62,871 bases of DNA, filler included, from Choristocarpus tenellus KU-1152 (GCA_964200185.2; 9 parts of 9 records of this genome joined end to end with filler, not necessarily neighbours in it), one strand, 5' to 3'. Counted from the whole stretch's first letter, positions 1 through 12,528 are shown. Numbers and translations are program-made. Notes: a model not told the origin generated them from the sequence alone.

Positions 1-1661
1 GTGTCAGAGGAGCAATGTGGAAAATGCTGAGGAAGGTATAGTTGGTGGGGGGGTATGTGCAATGGGAGAGGTGAGTGTCGCAGGGGTGGGGGAAAGTGGT
101 GATTGGAGTACAGGAGGGATGATAGGGTCGGGTGGTGACGGGGTAGCAGGATAGGCAGAGAAGTCCAGGTAGTACAAGGAACCCAGAGTTTGTAGTAGTA
201 TGCGGGTCTTGCCATTGATGGGGTGTGTTGGTGGGAGATCACGGTGGTCCAGTCAGTAGTCGCCGCAGCACATGCAGAGTACAAATGACGACCGAGTCCA
301 GGTACCAGCAGAACAGTGAAAGTGGAGCGTGAAGGCCGTGATGGAGGGTGCTGCAGCAGTCCTGTGAAGAGAGCTTGCCGATGTGCTGTGAGGTGTAGGT
401 TCTCGATGCCCGAGACGGTGATGGGGTGGGCAAGGGAGGTAAAATGGGATAGGAAATGGTGGTGGGTGGAAAAGAAAGTGGGATCGGCCATGTGGGTTGT
501 GCAGCCAGGGTCAACTATGAAGGAGGTGAGTTCGGTTGGGTGTGGATCTTGTACTGGAGTTGTGCGGTGAGTTGTGGTGGTGGAAAAACAGTAGGAGTAG
601 TGGCCATTTGCATCTGGACCCCAGCCATCTGATGGTGCTGAGGTAGTGATCAAAGTGGTGGCTGTCTGACAGGGAATGGTTGGTGGTGAGTTGGGTGGAT
701 GAGGGGCGGTCGGTCGGGAAATGTGGCGGTTTTGGGTGTGGCATTCTTGATCAGTGTGGGTGGAGGTCATGTGGAAGGAACACCACATGCCAGTGAGTGG
801 GTAGTGGGTGTGATGAGGTGGTGGAGTGTGAGCAGTTGGGGTGTGCCTGAAGTGGAGGGCGGTTGGGGCAGCGGCAATGATGGTGACCAGGTTGGTTGCA
901 GCGTCAACAGGGGTGGGTCTTGGCGGACAGAGCAAGGTTGGGAGCACCGTCAGTGGAGGAGTCAGCAAGATTCAGGTCGTTGTTATACGTCTCCCGAATT
1001 GCTGTTGTAAGGTCCTCCGTGGAGTACTCCGACTGGAAGCGAACTTGGCTGCGAAGCGCATCATAGTCCGGCGATAGGCCAGAGATTATTGCAGCCCGCA
1101 GATGAAAATCACTGATCGTTTCACCGAACTCCTCCAGCTCAGCTTTAGCCTTGTAAAGGCGTAGAAGCCACGGATCTGGATCTTCGCCAGTTTCCACGGT
1201 ACAGTTCTCGAATTGACGATGAACAGCTGCTTCATACTTGGACTTGAGGGCCTGCCATGCTGGTAACCCATCGTTCAGTTGGGTCTCATCGCGTTGTTGG
1301 AGTCCATGGAGTAGATCCTTGGCGGGCCCACGGCAGGTAGCAAGGAGGATGCCGAAGAGCTGGTCGTTGTCCTCTTCATAGGTGATGATGGGTGAGGCAG
1401 TGGCAGCGGCGGGACATAACGGACGCTGCACCAGAACATTATGGGCCTTGGGTGCAACACAGCTCAGAATGCTCACGAAGTCAAGTTTAAAGGCGTCCCA
1501 GGAGGAGTCGTCGCCAGTGAAGATAGAGAATTTTAGGGTGCGTTCCATGATGAGGTCGTGAAGTTATCTAGTGGAGTGAGGGAGGGAAGTGGGGGCAGTA
1601 CAAGATAAGGTCGGGAGGATTGGGTGTAGTATGTGTCGATCAAGTGTTGAGGTTCATAACC
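1..1661 (-). mobile_element. Degenerate Ty1/Copia LTR retrotransposon, 5' half (PBS, gag, zinc knuckle, protease)
   Basis: ORF 904..1548 reads as Copia gag (FTGDDSSWDAFKLDF...WQALKSKYE...ISGLSPDYDALR). Reading through its TGA gives a CX2CX4HX4C knuckle (C*RCNQPGHHHCRC). A protease-like WYLDS lies near 295-310. PBS-like GGTTATGAACC (minus 1661-1651) directly follows ...CAACA. Confidence 0.85.
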
Positions 1662-2071
1662 TGTTGAAACCTGAATCGAATGCATTGTATATGTAAGCAA
1701 AATGCGTAGACTGCGAGTGAAGAGGAATCATGGTGTTGTAAAGCATCGATGAGTAAAATGTGTAGTCTGTGGTATGAGTAGATGTGGTTGTGATGCAAAG
1801 CACTGATGTATTTATTTTGTTGCAACTGAAGTCATTGATCTCTCAGTCAAGAATGATGTGATGTGAATTCAGTGTTATTTCATCAAATACTCAACGAAAT
1901 AAGTCCATGCTATGTGGAGAGGCTTGTTACCTTGGCAGGCAAGGGTTTCCGTAGATGGTTTTAACTCTGTATGTGTATTACATCCAAGTGTGCGTCAGGG
2001 GTACTATTGCAGAGTGAGCTTGAGGCGCTCAGAGGGGGCAATGACAACCAACAATAAAATAATATCCAACA
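1662..2071 (-). repeat. Probable 5' LTR of the Copia element
   Basis: Starts TGTTG at 1662 next to the PBS. CAACA at 2067-2071 is a candidate outer end (alternative 2049-2053). No second LTR is present to confirm the boundary. Confidence 0.45.
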
Positions 2072-3399
2072 ATTAACTTGCATCTGGGGTCTTATGCTTA
2101 TAAACGAAGAACAGAGATGACAGACAGCAACAAAGAGAAAAAAAGGAATAGGAGGTAACAGTGGAATGCACTTGGAACAAGTTATGAAGTACCTTGGATA
2201 GCGTGTGGTATGATGTTCCTGTGTGTGATATGTATCAACTGAATATCAACTGATGCTACTTCTATCTACTGTCATCGATGTGATGATGAGTTGGGATGTT
2301 CAATAAATAAATGGACAATAACAACCAGTGCAGTGCACCGATCAACAGTTAGTACAAGCTGGCAGTCTTTGTATCATATCAACAAGAAACAAATGAGTAG
2401 CCTATGTTTTAAGAAGCCGTACTCAACCTATACCTGTGAGGGTATGCAGCCCAAACTCCTTCAGTTCACATGGACAACTTGTATATGCCTTCATGGATGC
2501 AAAGGGCAAGTTAGACACACCTTTGGAGGATAGGGAGAACCATCATTATATAGATGATGCGTTCGTCAAGGGGAAAGGTGGCAGGAACGAGGATTTTGAT
2601 ATCAAGGTCAAGAAGACATTCATTTGAGGAGTAGCGGTGATTTTTATGAAACTATCAGGAAAGCAGTCCCCCCTTCTGAGGCCTGGATGTTTCTAGAGTG
2701 ACATTTCGTGATGATGAAGAGATCACCAGACTGCAGAAGCAGGTTGTGTTTAGTGTGAAGATACCAAGGGCTTCTTACGCAAATGTAAAATTCACCACCA
2801 TGATGGATTTGATTGACCAGGTGGCAAATGATAGGGCAGATTTCTAAAAATAATAGAACAAATAGACAAATTGGATTGCTTCGATGAGGATTACATAACC
2901 ACAAGCAATACCCAGAGCATCATGGAAAGGACACACAGTCACCGGCAATGGTCCCGGAGGTAGGGCATGTCCAGATACTTGTCCTTGCACCAGGGAACAG
3001 TGAGGAGCCTGGGCATGTTTTTATTGCGACAACCATACGGTACATTTAGGACAATGACTGAATCATGTCAGAGGATATGAGCGCTGGTACAACAGAATAT
3101 TGTGCCAGGGTGTTCACTAGCGGTGACACAAGTGCTAGGGGTTCCGGGAAAGGGGACATGAGCTCTGGCATGACTGGGCATAGTGCAAGGAGTGTCTTCA
3201 CTAATTGCACTGCTTAGTCTTTTGTTGATTGTGTGAGGAGTGCGGAATATGTAAGGATATATGTTCTAAGGAAGAGGTCAAGTTTATGGGGAGAGAGGGC
3301 ATCTTATCTGTATACATTACTATGGGAGGGGGAGCCTGTCTACTTGAATGGAAGTCTTTACTGGGAAAGAAAGCTGTTCAGCAGGAAGAATAGAGAAAG

Positions 3400-4350
3400 A
3401 TGGCGATCGAGAGTTTATTTTGGTGCTGTGATTGCCAAGAAATAGGTCGGATTATTTGGATTCGACCTGGGGACTGCAGAGAGTATGAAGTCGGCTCTTG
3501 TCTCAAAAGTTTAATCTATCTCCTTTCCTCTCGTTCCACCTATGCGTCCAGTGGCGTTTCAGTCAAATATAGTCACGTCACTTACCATGGTCTGAGGGGG
3601 GGGTCTACCTCTCAAAGTTGAGTGTAATATGTTGATATAGTCGGTTACTGTGTCATGTCCTTGAGACCCCCTCAACCATTTTCTCCTTGTTCGAAAGGGG
3701 GTAGATTTCACCTGAGGTACTTCCTTCTCACATCCACCCAAGCACAAGAAAGGAAGGTCGAGTCTCTGTCCCGGAGCTGGGGGGTGTTGAGGATGGTACC
3801 CCTTAGAGTGATAGGGGGTAGATGAGGAATATATGGTTGACATCTCCTGTTTGGACAAGGATGTAACGATAATGATGAGAGAGTCCAGGAAGTGGGGAGG
3901 AGATCAGCAAGGAAGATGCTAAAGAAGAAGCAGAAGGAAATTCTGGCAGCTGAATAACTGTGGCTAGTATTCTGCTGTACTGCGTCAGACCTGGTGGCCA
4001 TGCAAATTCCCTTGATGTTCTCTTGTTATTTGTCAGAGTTTAGTACTCCGGAGTATTTGTTTGATGTGTTAGTCTTTTGCTATTAATACTACTTTCACCA
4101 TGTGTTTGAGTGAAGAATCGAGTGTTAAACGGATGATCATCATCATAAACTCAAGGCTGCAAGAGTAGCTCGTAGTTCTCCTGAACGTGAGCTGTGGGAT
4201 CGACCAAGGTCGGAAGAGAAGTATGGTTTGTTGTCGAAAGGCAGCTGAGTGGAGGTCTTTTTATCCACTGAACTCAGGGCGAATGACATAAACTGGACCC
4301 AAAAGCGCAAGTTGAATAAAATTGGAGAGAGAGCAAGACACAAGGAACGT
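3400..4350 (-). mobile_element. Decayed non-LTR (LINE-type) retrotransposon RNase H region
   Basis: Minus strand SRSGELRATLAALS followed by LDSS near 4110-4190 resembles the RNase H SxxAELxAIxxAL...TDS pattern. Many stops; boundaries approximate. Confidence 0.45.
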
Positions 4351-4459
4351 CTGTTTCGTCAGATTGAGGGTTTAGATTCCAAGATACCTTGCTCCCACAC
4401 AATCTCCTGTGCCTTTGCGATCGGTTACGGTATTAGCTGCAGATAGGGATCGGAACTCG

Positions 4460-5068
4460 ATGCACTGGGATGTCAAGCAGACTTTATCTAGACAGACATA
4501 TAAAAGGAAATCTTCTTTCAGTCATGTGATGGATATGGTCCATGGTCGGAAAGGATTGTCTAATTACTGAGGGCGCTGTATTGGACCAAGCAGGCCAACA
4601 GTGAGAGAGTCCAATAATTTGAAGGTGCATGTTTGAAGAATCGTGGTCTTGAGCTTTGCAGAGCAGATACTTGTGTATTACTCTGTGTAGAAAATGACAT
4701 GGTTTGTGGAGTAATAGACTCCCCACATTGATGATATTGTGGTTGCAGGATTGCATGATGTTTGTTTTGTGTTGAATCTTGGAATGAGGGACTGTTCTCT
4801 ATATCTAAGGGGATTTCGGTGACTTGGAGTACTCTGTAGGTTATGAGGTTTCTCATGACCGAATAATAAAGACGGACAGCTTCAGTCAGAAGACCAAGGA
4901 CATGAGGAATATTTGTCAGAGATTTTGTACGAATGGGGCAAAGAAAAGGACGGTACCCAATGATGTCGAGAAGTTTGGACAAGAAATAGGATCGCCAATG
5001 AGTTAGTGATGATGTTTCATACAGAGAGGCTGTTGGTCATCTGATGTGGGCAGCTGTGATGACAAGGT
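4460..5068 (+). mobile_element. Copia reverse transcriptase fragment
   Basis: HWDVKQ...EIFFQSCDGYGPWSERIV*LLRALYWTKQA...GHLMWAAVMTR, homologous by eye to the RT at 52809-53416. Confidence 0.8.
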
Positions 5069-8000
5069 TAGGCAACAATTACGCTGGGTCGTCATTAATA
5101 GCTATTTATATCTGGGCATCATCTGCAGGCGAATGATTGTCCCTGTGCAAAAATAGGATACCTTCCAAGGTTAATTGCGCAGTCCCTTGCACCTTGGAGG
5201 ACAGAGTGGAATGTTGGCAAAGGGCAAACTTGCCCTCATAGTATATCAACGCTGAGTGGTGCATCGGAAAGAATAGGATCCCAGCATTCCACAGATATAC
5301 TATTCGTCTCTAAGGGAGTCCCAGTGGTTATATAGTGGCTCCTGAATTTTGAGAAGTCTGGGGATTTTCCGATTGGGTTGGGGATGATCTCGACTTGATG
5401 ACGTCCAATAAGTAGTGGGTTCCTTCTTGTGGTAGCTGGGAACTGTCAGCGGCTTCTCAGATTATCAGAGGTCAACGTTGTTCGTGACATACAAGTGGTC
5501 CCGCGCAGGGGTATGACAATTGGGATTCTGAGAATTTTGTTTGGAAAGGATGTGGAAAAGAGGCTGAAGGCGTGAAAGGTGAAGAAGGCATATTTCAAGT
5601 TACTAAACTATGTAAGCTCCGCCGAATGTGCCCAGATGAAGAAGTTGGAGCTGATGACGACTGAAGAGGTTAAAGAGAGCGAGGCGAGGGAGGAAAACCT
5701 CAATGCTCCTAGTGGTAGTGAGGATTACATCCCCAAGTTTTGAGGTGGAAGAGGAGGTGGAACACAGAATGATGAAGAGCAGGTGGAGGATGCGGAAGTG
5801 GATGGAGAAATGGCAGCCTATGTAGAGATTTAAAGGAATATTGAACCTTCACAAACTCAAATATCTTCATCGTTTCAATTCTTCAGTGACCAGAGCATCA
5901 ATGAACAACAGACCTGTCCCCGACAACAGCATGCACGGATACATACAATTTAATGTCTGCCACGAACAGAGTACACCAAATATCTGTGTTCTATTTGCTG
6001 CTGTTTGTGTATTGTATCCCAAATAAATATTTCAAAACATTTCACTGCTTCTCCGACAGTAACTGCTGTATTTCTCGAGTCCTGTATTACCCACCCCACC
6101 AGCCCCGTTGAACCTTTTGAACGTCAGAGTATCCCAGGAGACCTGTACAAGCATCAGCGCCATCTATAGGCCTGTGGATTGGAGCTCTATACATCCCGCG
6201 GAGGAGCGTGGTGTAAAATATACCCACACTATTGTGGTTAACATACTTCACTTTTTCTGACATGGCAGTATATGCTACCTGATGCATACACTTGGTGTAT
6301 CACTGTTTTTCCCAGTGAAACGCAATTCCCCCCCCATTCCAACAATACCAAAACACATAAAATCGTTCATACAATGTGCTGCCTATCGAAGTTCGATTCC
6401 CACTCATATATATGACCAGATGTCCCCAGCTTTCACCTAATCACATGTCTTATCCTATTTGAGCAAGACTTACGATAGTTACGTTCATATGCCTACCAAT
6501 TACCGACACCATTCAGAACAATTGTGATGATCTCTTACACTGGCATGAAAAATACACTAAAGACTGCGATAATGTGTATGCTCGGTCAAATAATATCCTC
6601 TCATGGGGCAAATCAGAAAAGGTGGTGGTCACCACTACGTTCATAGTGAAGTGTAGGCTCTGTTCGATACATTAATGCCAGCAATCCATGAAGCACAACC
6701 CTAGTACTAGTCAAAACGGTGAGTCCTTCCAACAGAAGTTGATACAATCTGGTAAGCGAACACTACTTCGACACATTGACACCTCTATCTACAATTCAAC
6801 TCCATCCTTCCATATTTTCAGGAATTGTTTTTTCAGAGTGTACGCACCATCTTCGTTAATAGTAAAATCTCTAAAAACACGTTCTTCAGATCTTTAGCGA
6901 GCATGACAATTTGTCGCACTCACTAAAATTATGGTGTTTTAGATCACCTAGAAGATTAGCTTCCGAGACTGATTGTTAAGCCTACACACCTTTTTTTCAT
7001 GACCTGATTGGGATAAATAGATTACGAAATATAATTAATTGGATAATCTAATTAATACTTGCATTGTTTCACATGTTAGTCTGGAGTTTTTCCTGACCTG
7101 TATCAGAGGAACTGTACAATGCACGTATATCCGTACTAAGTTGCTGTTGCATTACATCTAGTTAAAATTGTAAAACCTACGTTCCTGCCTTGCTAGTCGG
7201 GCATTGGGCTCATCAATACTCCAACCACTTGTCGATCCCTATCTACTCTCGAATCTTCTGCTGGACTACCCCAAAGTTTCAACCTTGCTCTTGGTCAGAC
7301 ATTTGCCGTATCGCTACAGACAGGATAGTATGACTGGTGCAAGATATGTTGAGGTCGCAAGGATGGATTACCATAGTCGAAACCGTATCTTTGTGAAATA
7401 TGTCTTGTGAAGGTTTGAAGCTGCCAAGTTAATTATAGCAGGTATGGAAATCTTCGATTTAAACGTAAACTAAAAACAAATGTGTTGCAAACAAAATGAA
7501 GATCAACTCGTATCTTCAATGGTCATGTACAATCAATTATCTGTAGATTGGTATGTAGGGTATCCTCTTCTCTGTTAGTGAGGTGAAAGGGTGCAATGCT
7601 ACTTAGGTAGCACAAAACCAACCTTCTGGTGGAATACTAACCCGAACCCATGTACATATGGTAGCTTTCAGTACTTCCCTTATGTATATCGTGCACAAGA
7701 TTTAAGTTGGCAAAACAGTACAGCAGAGATGGGAATTATCACATACGCCTAGAACTGAATTATATACAAGGTATATGCCTTGTCACGACAGGTGGCAATC
7801 ACTACTACACCCTGGGCTGAAGCATGATAGACCAGCACCTGCCGCACCTATCCATCTCAAACGAGGTACATCAAGATGGATACTTATCACACTACTGTGC
7901 TTGATATCAATGCATACTCAACAATATGAAAAACCTTACGCCTAGAGAGTTCCGAGATCATCTTGAGCATACCATACCCCTGATATAGTTGCTCCTAGCC

Positions 8001-8457
8001 ATACACTGACATTCCAAGTCACAATGGAAAAGCAGGCGTGAAATATTCTTGAACTGGGGGTTCAAAATGCAAAAGAGGTCCAGCGTTTCATCAAGCATTG
8101 CTATTGACGAGATGCAACACAGTTGAAGTTGATTCCAATTTGCTCTAAGTTCCTCAGGCGATCAGGAAGCTTGGTACTTGAGGCGCATGATAGATAAGAG
8201 TGAGAATAGGATGATGCAATATTACTACTTCGAAGTATTCTTCAATGAATAAAAAGCATATTCTTAACATCCACCCAAGCTTGACCTCCCCTCCCACCCT
8301 GAGGTCCAAGTCGGTCGTGAGCAAGCAACAGGGCGGGTGGGTAGGAAAGATTGCTCAGGGATCGTCTTGATCTAGCCCTCCTCGCCCTGCCACCCCAGCC
8401 TCAGGATTCCTCTTCGATTCAATAGTGCCCATTCCTTCTCCAATCGTGCCTCCCAAT

Positions 8458-8637
8458 GGCTTAACGTATCTGGTGAGGTGTGGCGGCTGTCCATTTGGGG
8501 TCAATTTTTTCATGTCGCGATTTTTGGGTGATTTGGTTCCATAAGTCGGATGGATAATGAAAGTGCACTTTTCCTGGGTTTGGCCCAAATGGACACCCCG
8601 GTGTAGACCCCTCCCCCTCCCTCAGATACTTTGGGTC
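8458..8637. mobile_element. MITE family A, full copy (180 bp)
   Basis: Imperfect TIRs GGCTTAACGTATCTG...CAGATACTTTGGGTC flanked by a 3-bp duplication AAT (8455-8457 and 8638-8640). A second copy lies at 54757-54939. Confidence 0.85.
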
Positions 8638-8750
8638 AATCATTTTCTTAAGTTCGCCCCTCCCTCTCAACCTCTCAGTATATATAACTCTTCGTTCCCT
8701 TCTTGGTATATTTTTTTCTTTCCTGTCCCCTCCCTTCCCCTGTGCCCTCA

Positions 8751-8820
8751 GGGCCAATGTATCTGGAGGGGGCGGGGCGGGTGTCCATTCGGGGTCCATT
8801 TTACCTTATCGCGTTTTTTG
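8751..8820 (+). mobile_element. Left TIR of a larger family-A-related DNA element
   Basis: GGGCCAATGTATCTGGAGGGGG...TGTCCATTCGGGGTCCATTTT matches the MITE A left end. No matching right TIR occurs before the contig end at 12384. Confidence 0.6.
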
Positions 8821-10589
8821 GTTATGTTGCTTATATGCGGGGGGATTGAAGGTGTGTTTCGTAGATATGTGTGTTCATTACACTTGGTTGTATTCGTGGT
8901 TAAGTTAAAGTCTCCAGCAAAATAGACTGTCAATGCGTTGAGGATTTTCGAATTTGCACTTGAATTAGTGAAAGGAATGGTTGGAAGCTGGTTTAAGTAT
9001 AAGGTGGAGTGCCCATTTTCGCGTGCTTTTGTTCATGAAGTATTGAAAAAATGGTCATTCATTAGGGTTAACTGGTAGTTTGAACTGGTAGTTTGTGGTT
9101 CATGATGTGAAAAAATGTCTACATCCGTTGTGAAGAGGCATCACTAGTAGGGTTTGGAATTAGTCGGATTTAGTTCGAGTTAATCGAGTAGTCTTATTTG
9201 TTGGTGTATGTATTTTATAAGTTCAATTAAGGAATTACATCAATATTCATCACTGTGAACTTTTAAAATCTAGGGACTAAATTGTGTGATCGATTTAAAT
9301 ATGGTCGGGTATGACATCAAGAAGTTCTTCACGTACGTGTAGGTCCGTAGTCTGGTATTCATTGGGATTTCGTTAGGGTTAGCGAGTGGTATGCTGGAGG
9401 TGGAAAGGGTTAGGAAAAGGTTTGTCGACGGGCTACTATAGGTTGATTGTTTGGAGTATGTCCATATGATGTAGAGTTGTGGTTAGCGGGTTGGGTTGAC
9501 AACTGTCCATGTGGGTGAGAGGTGGGTCGTGTCACGGATGTAGGTCGATTTGGTGAGAAGCGTAGCATGAACAATGTATCACATGTGCCTGCTTGTATTC
9601 AAATCTCTGTGGGCTTTGGAATTATGGGAAATAGGGGGTCATTTTTTTGTGTCATTAAATCATGAATTACTTAGGGTCAGGCACAATGTGACCAAATCCT
9701 TGGCCGATGACATTACGATGAAACCCATTATGTAAACATTGTGACACCATTAGGGAAACAGACTGTTGACAGACGCATGCCTAATCTTGGATGTATATAA
9801 AACTTACTGGCATATAAGGATGTGGCAGTTTGGCGCAAAGGATAAACTACACGACCTACGATGCACAGCAATACAAGCTTCATAAAAGTTAAATGTTTGA
9901 AAGGAATAGTATTCGATCATTGAAACTAAGACAGAAGCATACCCTCCTTTGGTCTAAGAGTTAGGCCAAGTTTTGGATGTGTGTTAGGGTATACACGACC
10001 ATAGTATCTGTAACCTATGAATTCCCAAACGGTGTTATCCTTACATCACCAAAGCACCCCATAACGGTGAAGGTAAAATATGAGAAGAATTCTGACGTTC
10101 ACCTTCACGGTGCTAAAAGGATGATATGCTGTGTTGGACATTGATTGGTGTTAAATGTTATCGACTTCGCTTCGCCTCAGAAGGACTGTTTAGGGGGTGA
10201 AAGTAGGTCATCCCACGGGATACTACGCTTGTATTTGTCAGGAAGTGTGTTCTGTCGTAAAATATTTGGGAAATACAATATCAACATGAGAATCCAAATA
10301 TTGAACCAAAGCCGATTCGCTATTTGGTAAGAGAAGGACACATTGGACTTGATCAAGTCGAGTATTTCACAGTAGGGAGAACGTTTCCATTGAAATTGTC
10401 TTTAATTAGGGTTACCCTGCGAGTCTTAAACTACAAAATCCAAAGGTACAACTACAAAGTCTACAAATGCAAATGTTGGTCCAGACCGTGCAAACCTGGT
10501 TGTTGGACACATTACGCAAGGAACAGAAATAACAAAGTCCGCGAAGAAAAAATTCTTACTTAAAGTTCGACCTGAAACCAAAACGAAAT

Positions 10590-12003
10590 CTACTTGAGCT
10601 GGTGAGCATGTATGAAGTCGCAACTCCCTTCCTTCCACCAATCTATAAGCGTTGGGTAAATCTCTGTCAACACATGCCAAAGATTAAGGGGGGAGGAGTA
10701 CTTGTCATTCCACACTTCGGCCTCGACACGACCGAGAAACACAGCTTTTCTCGCTGCGAGTGCTTCTATGTCGTTCGCACACAGCGTCCTCTTGACATTA
10801 CCCACACCATGGCACAAGCCATCGAGGATTCCCTTGTGCACATAGCACTGATCGCCAAGGACAAGAAGATTTGCAGATTTGCCAGCCCGCATCAACCTGA
10901 ATCCGTGTTCACGAATAACCTGTTGAACAACACAGGTTTGTACACGATAATATGTTGATGAGGATAGGTTTGCCGAGCGGAGGAGTTCCTCCGCGCAAGC
11001 CTCAAGGAATCGATCTGTCATTCCGATGTTAAACTTACCATCCTCCGACATGGGTAGTTCGTCTTCACTGTCCGGCAAGTCCACATCACTCCCCTTCGAC
11101 TCAGATGGGGTGTTCTGGGATGATGCCTCCCCACCACCATGCACCGGAGAGAATATATTCTCCAGTAAGGTTGCTTGCGGAGTCACAGGAAAAAAAGCTT
11201 CCCCTTGCGAGTGGGAATGCGCTTTTTGGAAGCAGAACCTTGTGTGGATCCTGAATCCCTGACAACAGCAACATCCCCGGAAGACCTCCTTCGCTTCACG
11301 GGGGGGGATCGACAGTATGCATCGACCTTTTTGACACCAACCTCTCCACTTGCTGAAGAACCCGTCATTGCTCTCGCCATCCTGGACAGATTAGACATTA
11401 CGTGTCTCAGTCGTCCGACATCTTGTGGGTGGCAACGGCATTTCTTCCATGTCGGAGTTGACGGCATTCCACCCAACAGGAGCGGGTCTGAGGTCATCTT
11501 CCGAGTCACTATCGGCACGAACTCGAAGAGGGGAGGTGCGGACACCCTCGGGCGCGTCCGGAGTGTCGCGAAGTCCCCCGTCCTTTTGCTGCGCACGGTC
11601 TTCGTCTGGCCACCACACACGGTCTTCGTCTGACCACCACACACAGTCTTCGTCTCGCCACCACACACGGTCTTCGTCTGGCCACCACACACGGTCTTCG
11701 TCTGGCCACTACACACGGTCTTCGTCTGGCCACCACTTGTGACATAACTTGGCCAGCTCACGTGCGAAGCCTTCCTCCTTCTCGGGGTCTTGACTCCCCT
11801 GCAGCATGGCAAATGCGTGGACCACCCCCCCCGGGTGCAGAAGCAGAGAGGACAAGCCATCGTTGAACGAATTTCTCAGCTTGGCCCATACATCGTCCGT
11901 GTCATGGACCCCAGAACTGGTGTTGCCTGGTGCGATGACAACGCAGGTGGCACGCCTTGAATCTGGAGCGGATCGGATGTCAGGAGTGGATATGGAAGAG
12001 TAT
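10590..12003 (-). pseudogene. About 470-codon single-frame pseudo-ORF of unknown function (Cys-rich motif, acidic linker)
   Basis: ORFs 11391..11690 and 10590..11186 share one frame, which extends up to about 12000 (DDVWAKLRNSF...ELAKLCHKWWPDEDR). There are only two internal stops (TAG in a repeat unit near 11710, TAA at 11391-11393). Contains WCQKGRC...GCCCCQGFRIHTRFCF. Confidence 0.55.
11594..11736. repeat. 24-bp minisatellite, 6 units (CACGGTCTTCGTCTGGCCACCACA)
   Basis: Six near-identical head-to-tail units; frame-preserving (VWWPDEDR on minus). Confidence 0.95.
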
Positions 12004-12284
12004 CTTGTGTGTGTTGTCGCGTGGGTTAGGGGAACTTGTAAACTTTTTCATTTATGTTAAAACATGTACAATGATCCTTAAGGAGAACTCGTTAGGTATT
12101 TTTGTGCGGAAGTGAGGAACATGTTGAAACACTAGTAAACTCCTGAGCTACCGAGCAGATAGTCGTAGTCAACAAAAGTTACTCCCGGGGATCGCAAGTT
12201 GTTAGACTTGTTGAGGTTTCGCCCGAGGGTTGCTATCCCTCTAATCAGTGACAAGCTCGGCGGGGTATTTACTAGGTGAGGTTC

Positions 12285-12384
12285 TGTATCCTGGCGGCAT
12301 GTTACAGCCTTTTGACGGATGTGTATCCTGGCGGCGTGTTTAGCCTTTTGACGGATGTGTATCCTGGCGGCGTGTTTAGCCGTT
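12285..12384. repeat. 36-37-bp tandem repeat running into the contig end
   Basis: TGTATCCTGGCGGCGTGTTTAGCCTTTTGACGGATG, about 2.7 copies. Confidence 0.9.
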
Positions 12385-12484
12385 NNNNNNNNNNNNNNNN
12401 NNNNNNNNNNNNNNNNNNNNNNNNNNNNTTAATTAATTAANNNNNNNNNNNNNNNNNNNNNNNNNNNNNNNNNNNNNNNNNNNN
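12385..12484. other. Artificial contig linker (N-run, TTAATTAATTAA, N-run)
   Basis: Identical 100-bp linkers also at 15727-15826, 32509-32608, 36617-36716, 45659-45758, 49807-49906, 54236-54335 and 60044-60143. The 12-mer has stops in all six frames. Confidence 0.97.
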
Positions 12485-12528
12485 CTCCCCCCCCCCCCCC
12501 CCCCCCCCCCCCCCAGATACTTTGTCCC
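12485..12528. mobile_element. Isolated right TIR of family A at a contig start
   Basis: Poly-C then CAGATACTTTGTCCC. The same end occurs at 45776-45798 and 49939-49973, and AAGTATCTGGGGGG ends the contig at 60030-60043. Confidence 0.75.

Noticed and set aside
11594-11736. CRISPR-like repeat or GGQTKTVC repeat protein (ORF 11183..11860)
   Set aside because: Head-to-tail units without spacers; a different frame runs on into ORF 10590..11186 and is more plausible.
12429-12440. Recurrent TTAATTAATTAA palindrome
   Set aside because: Always centred in identical N-runs; an artificial contig linker.
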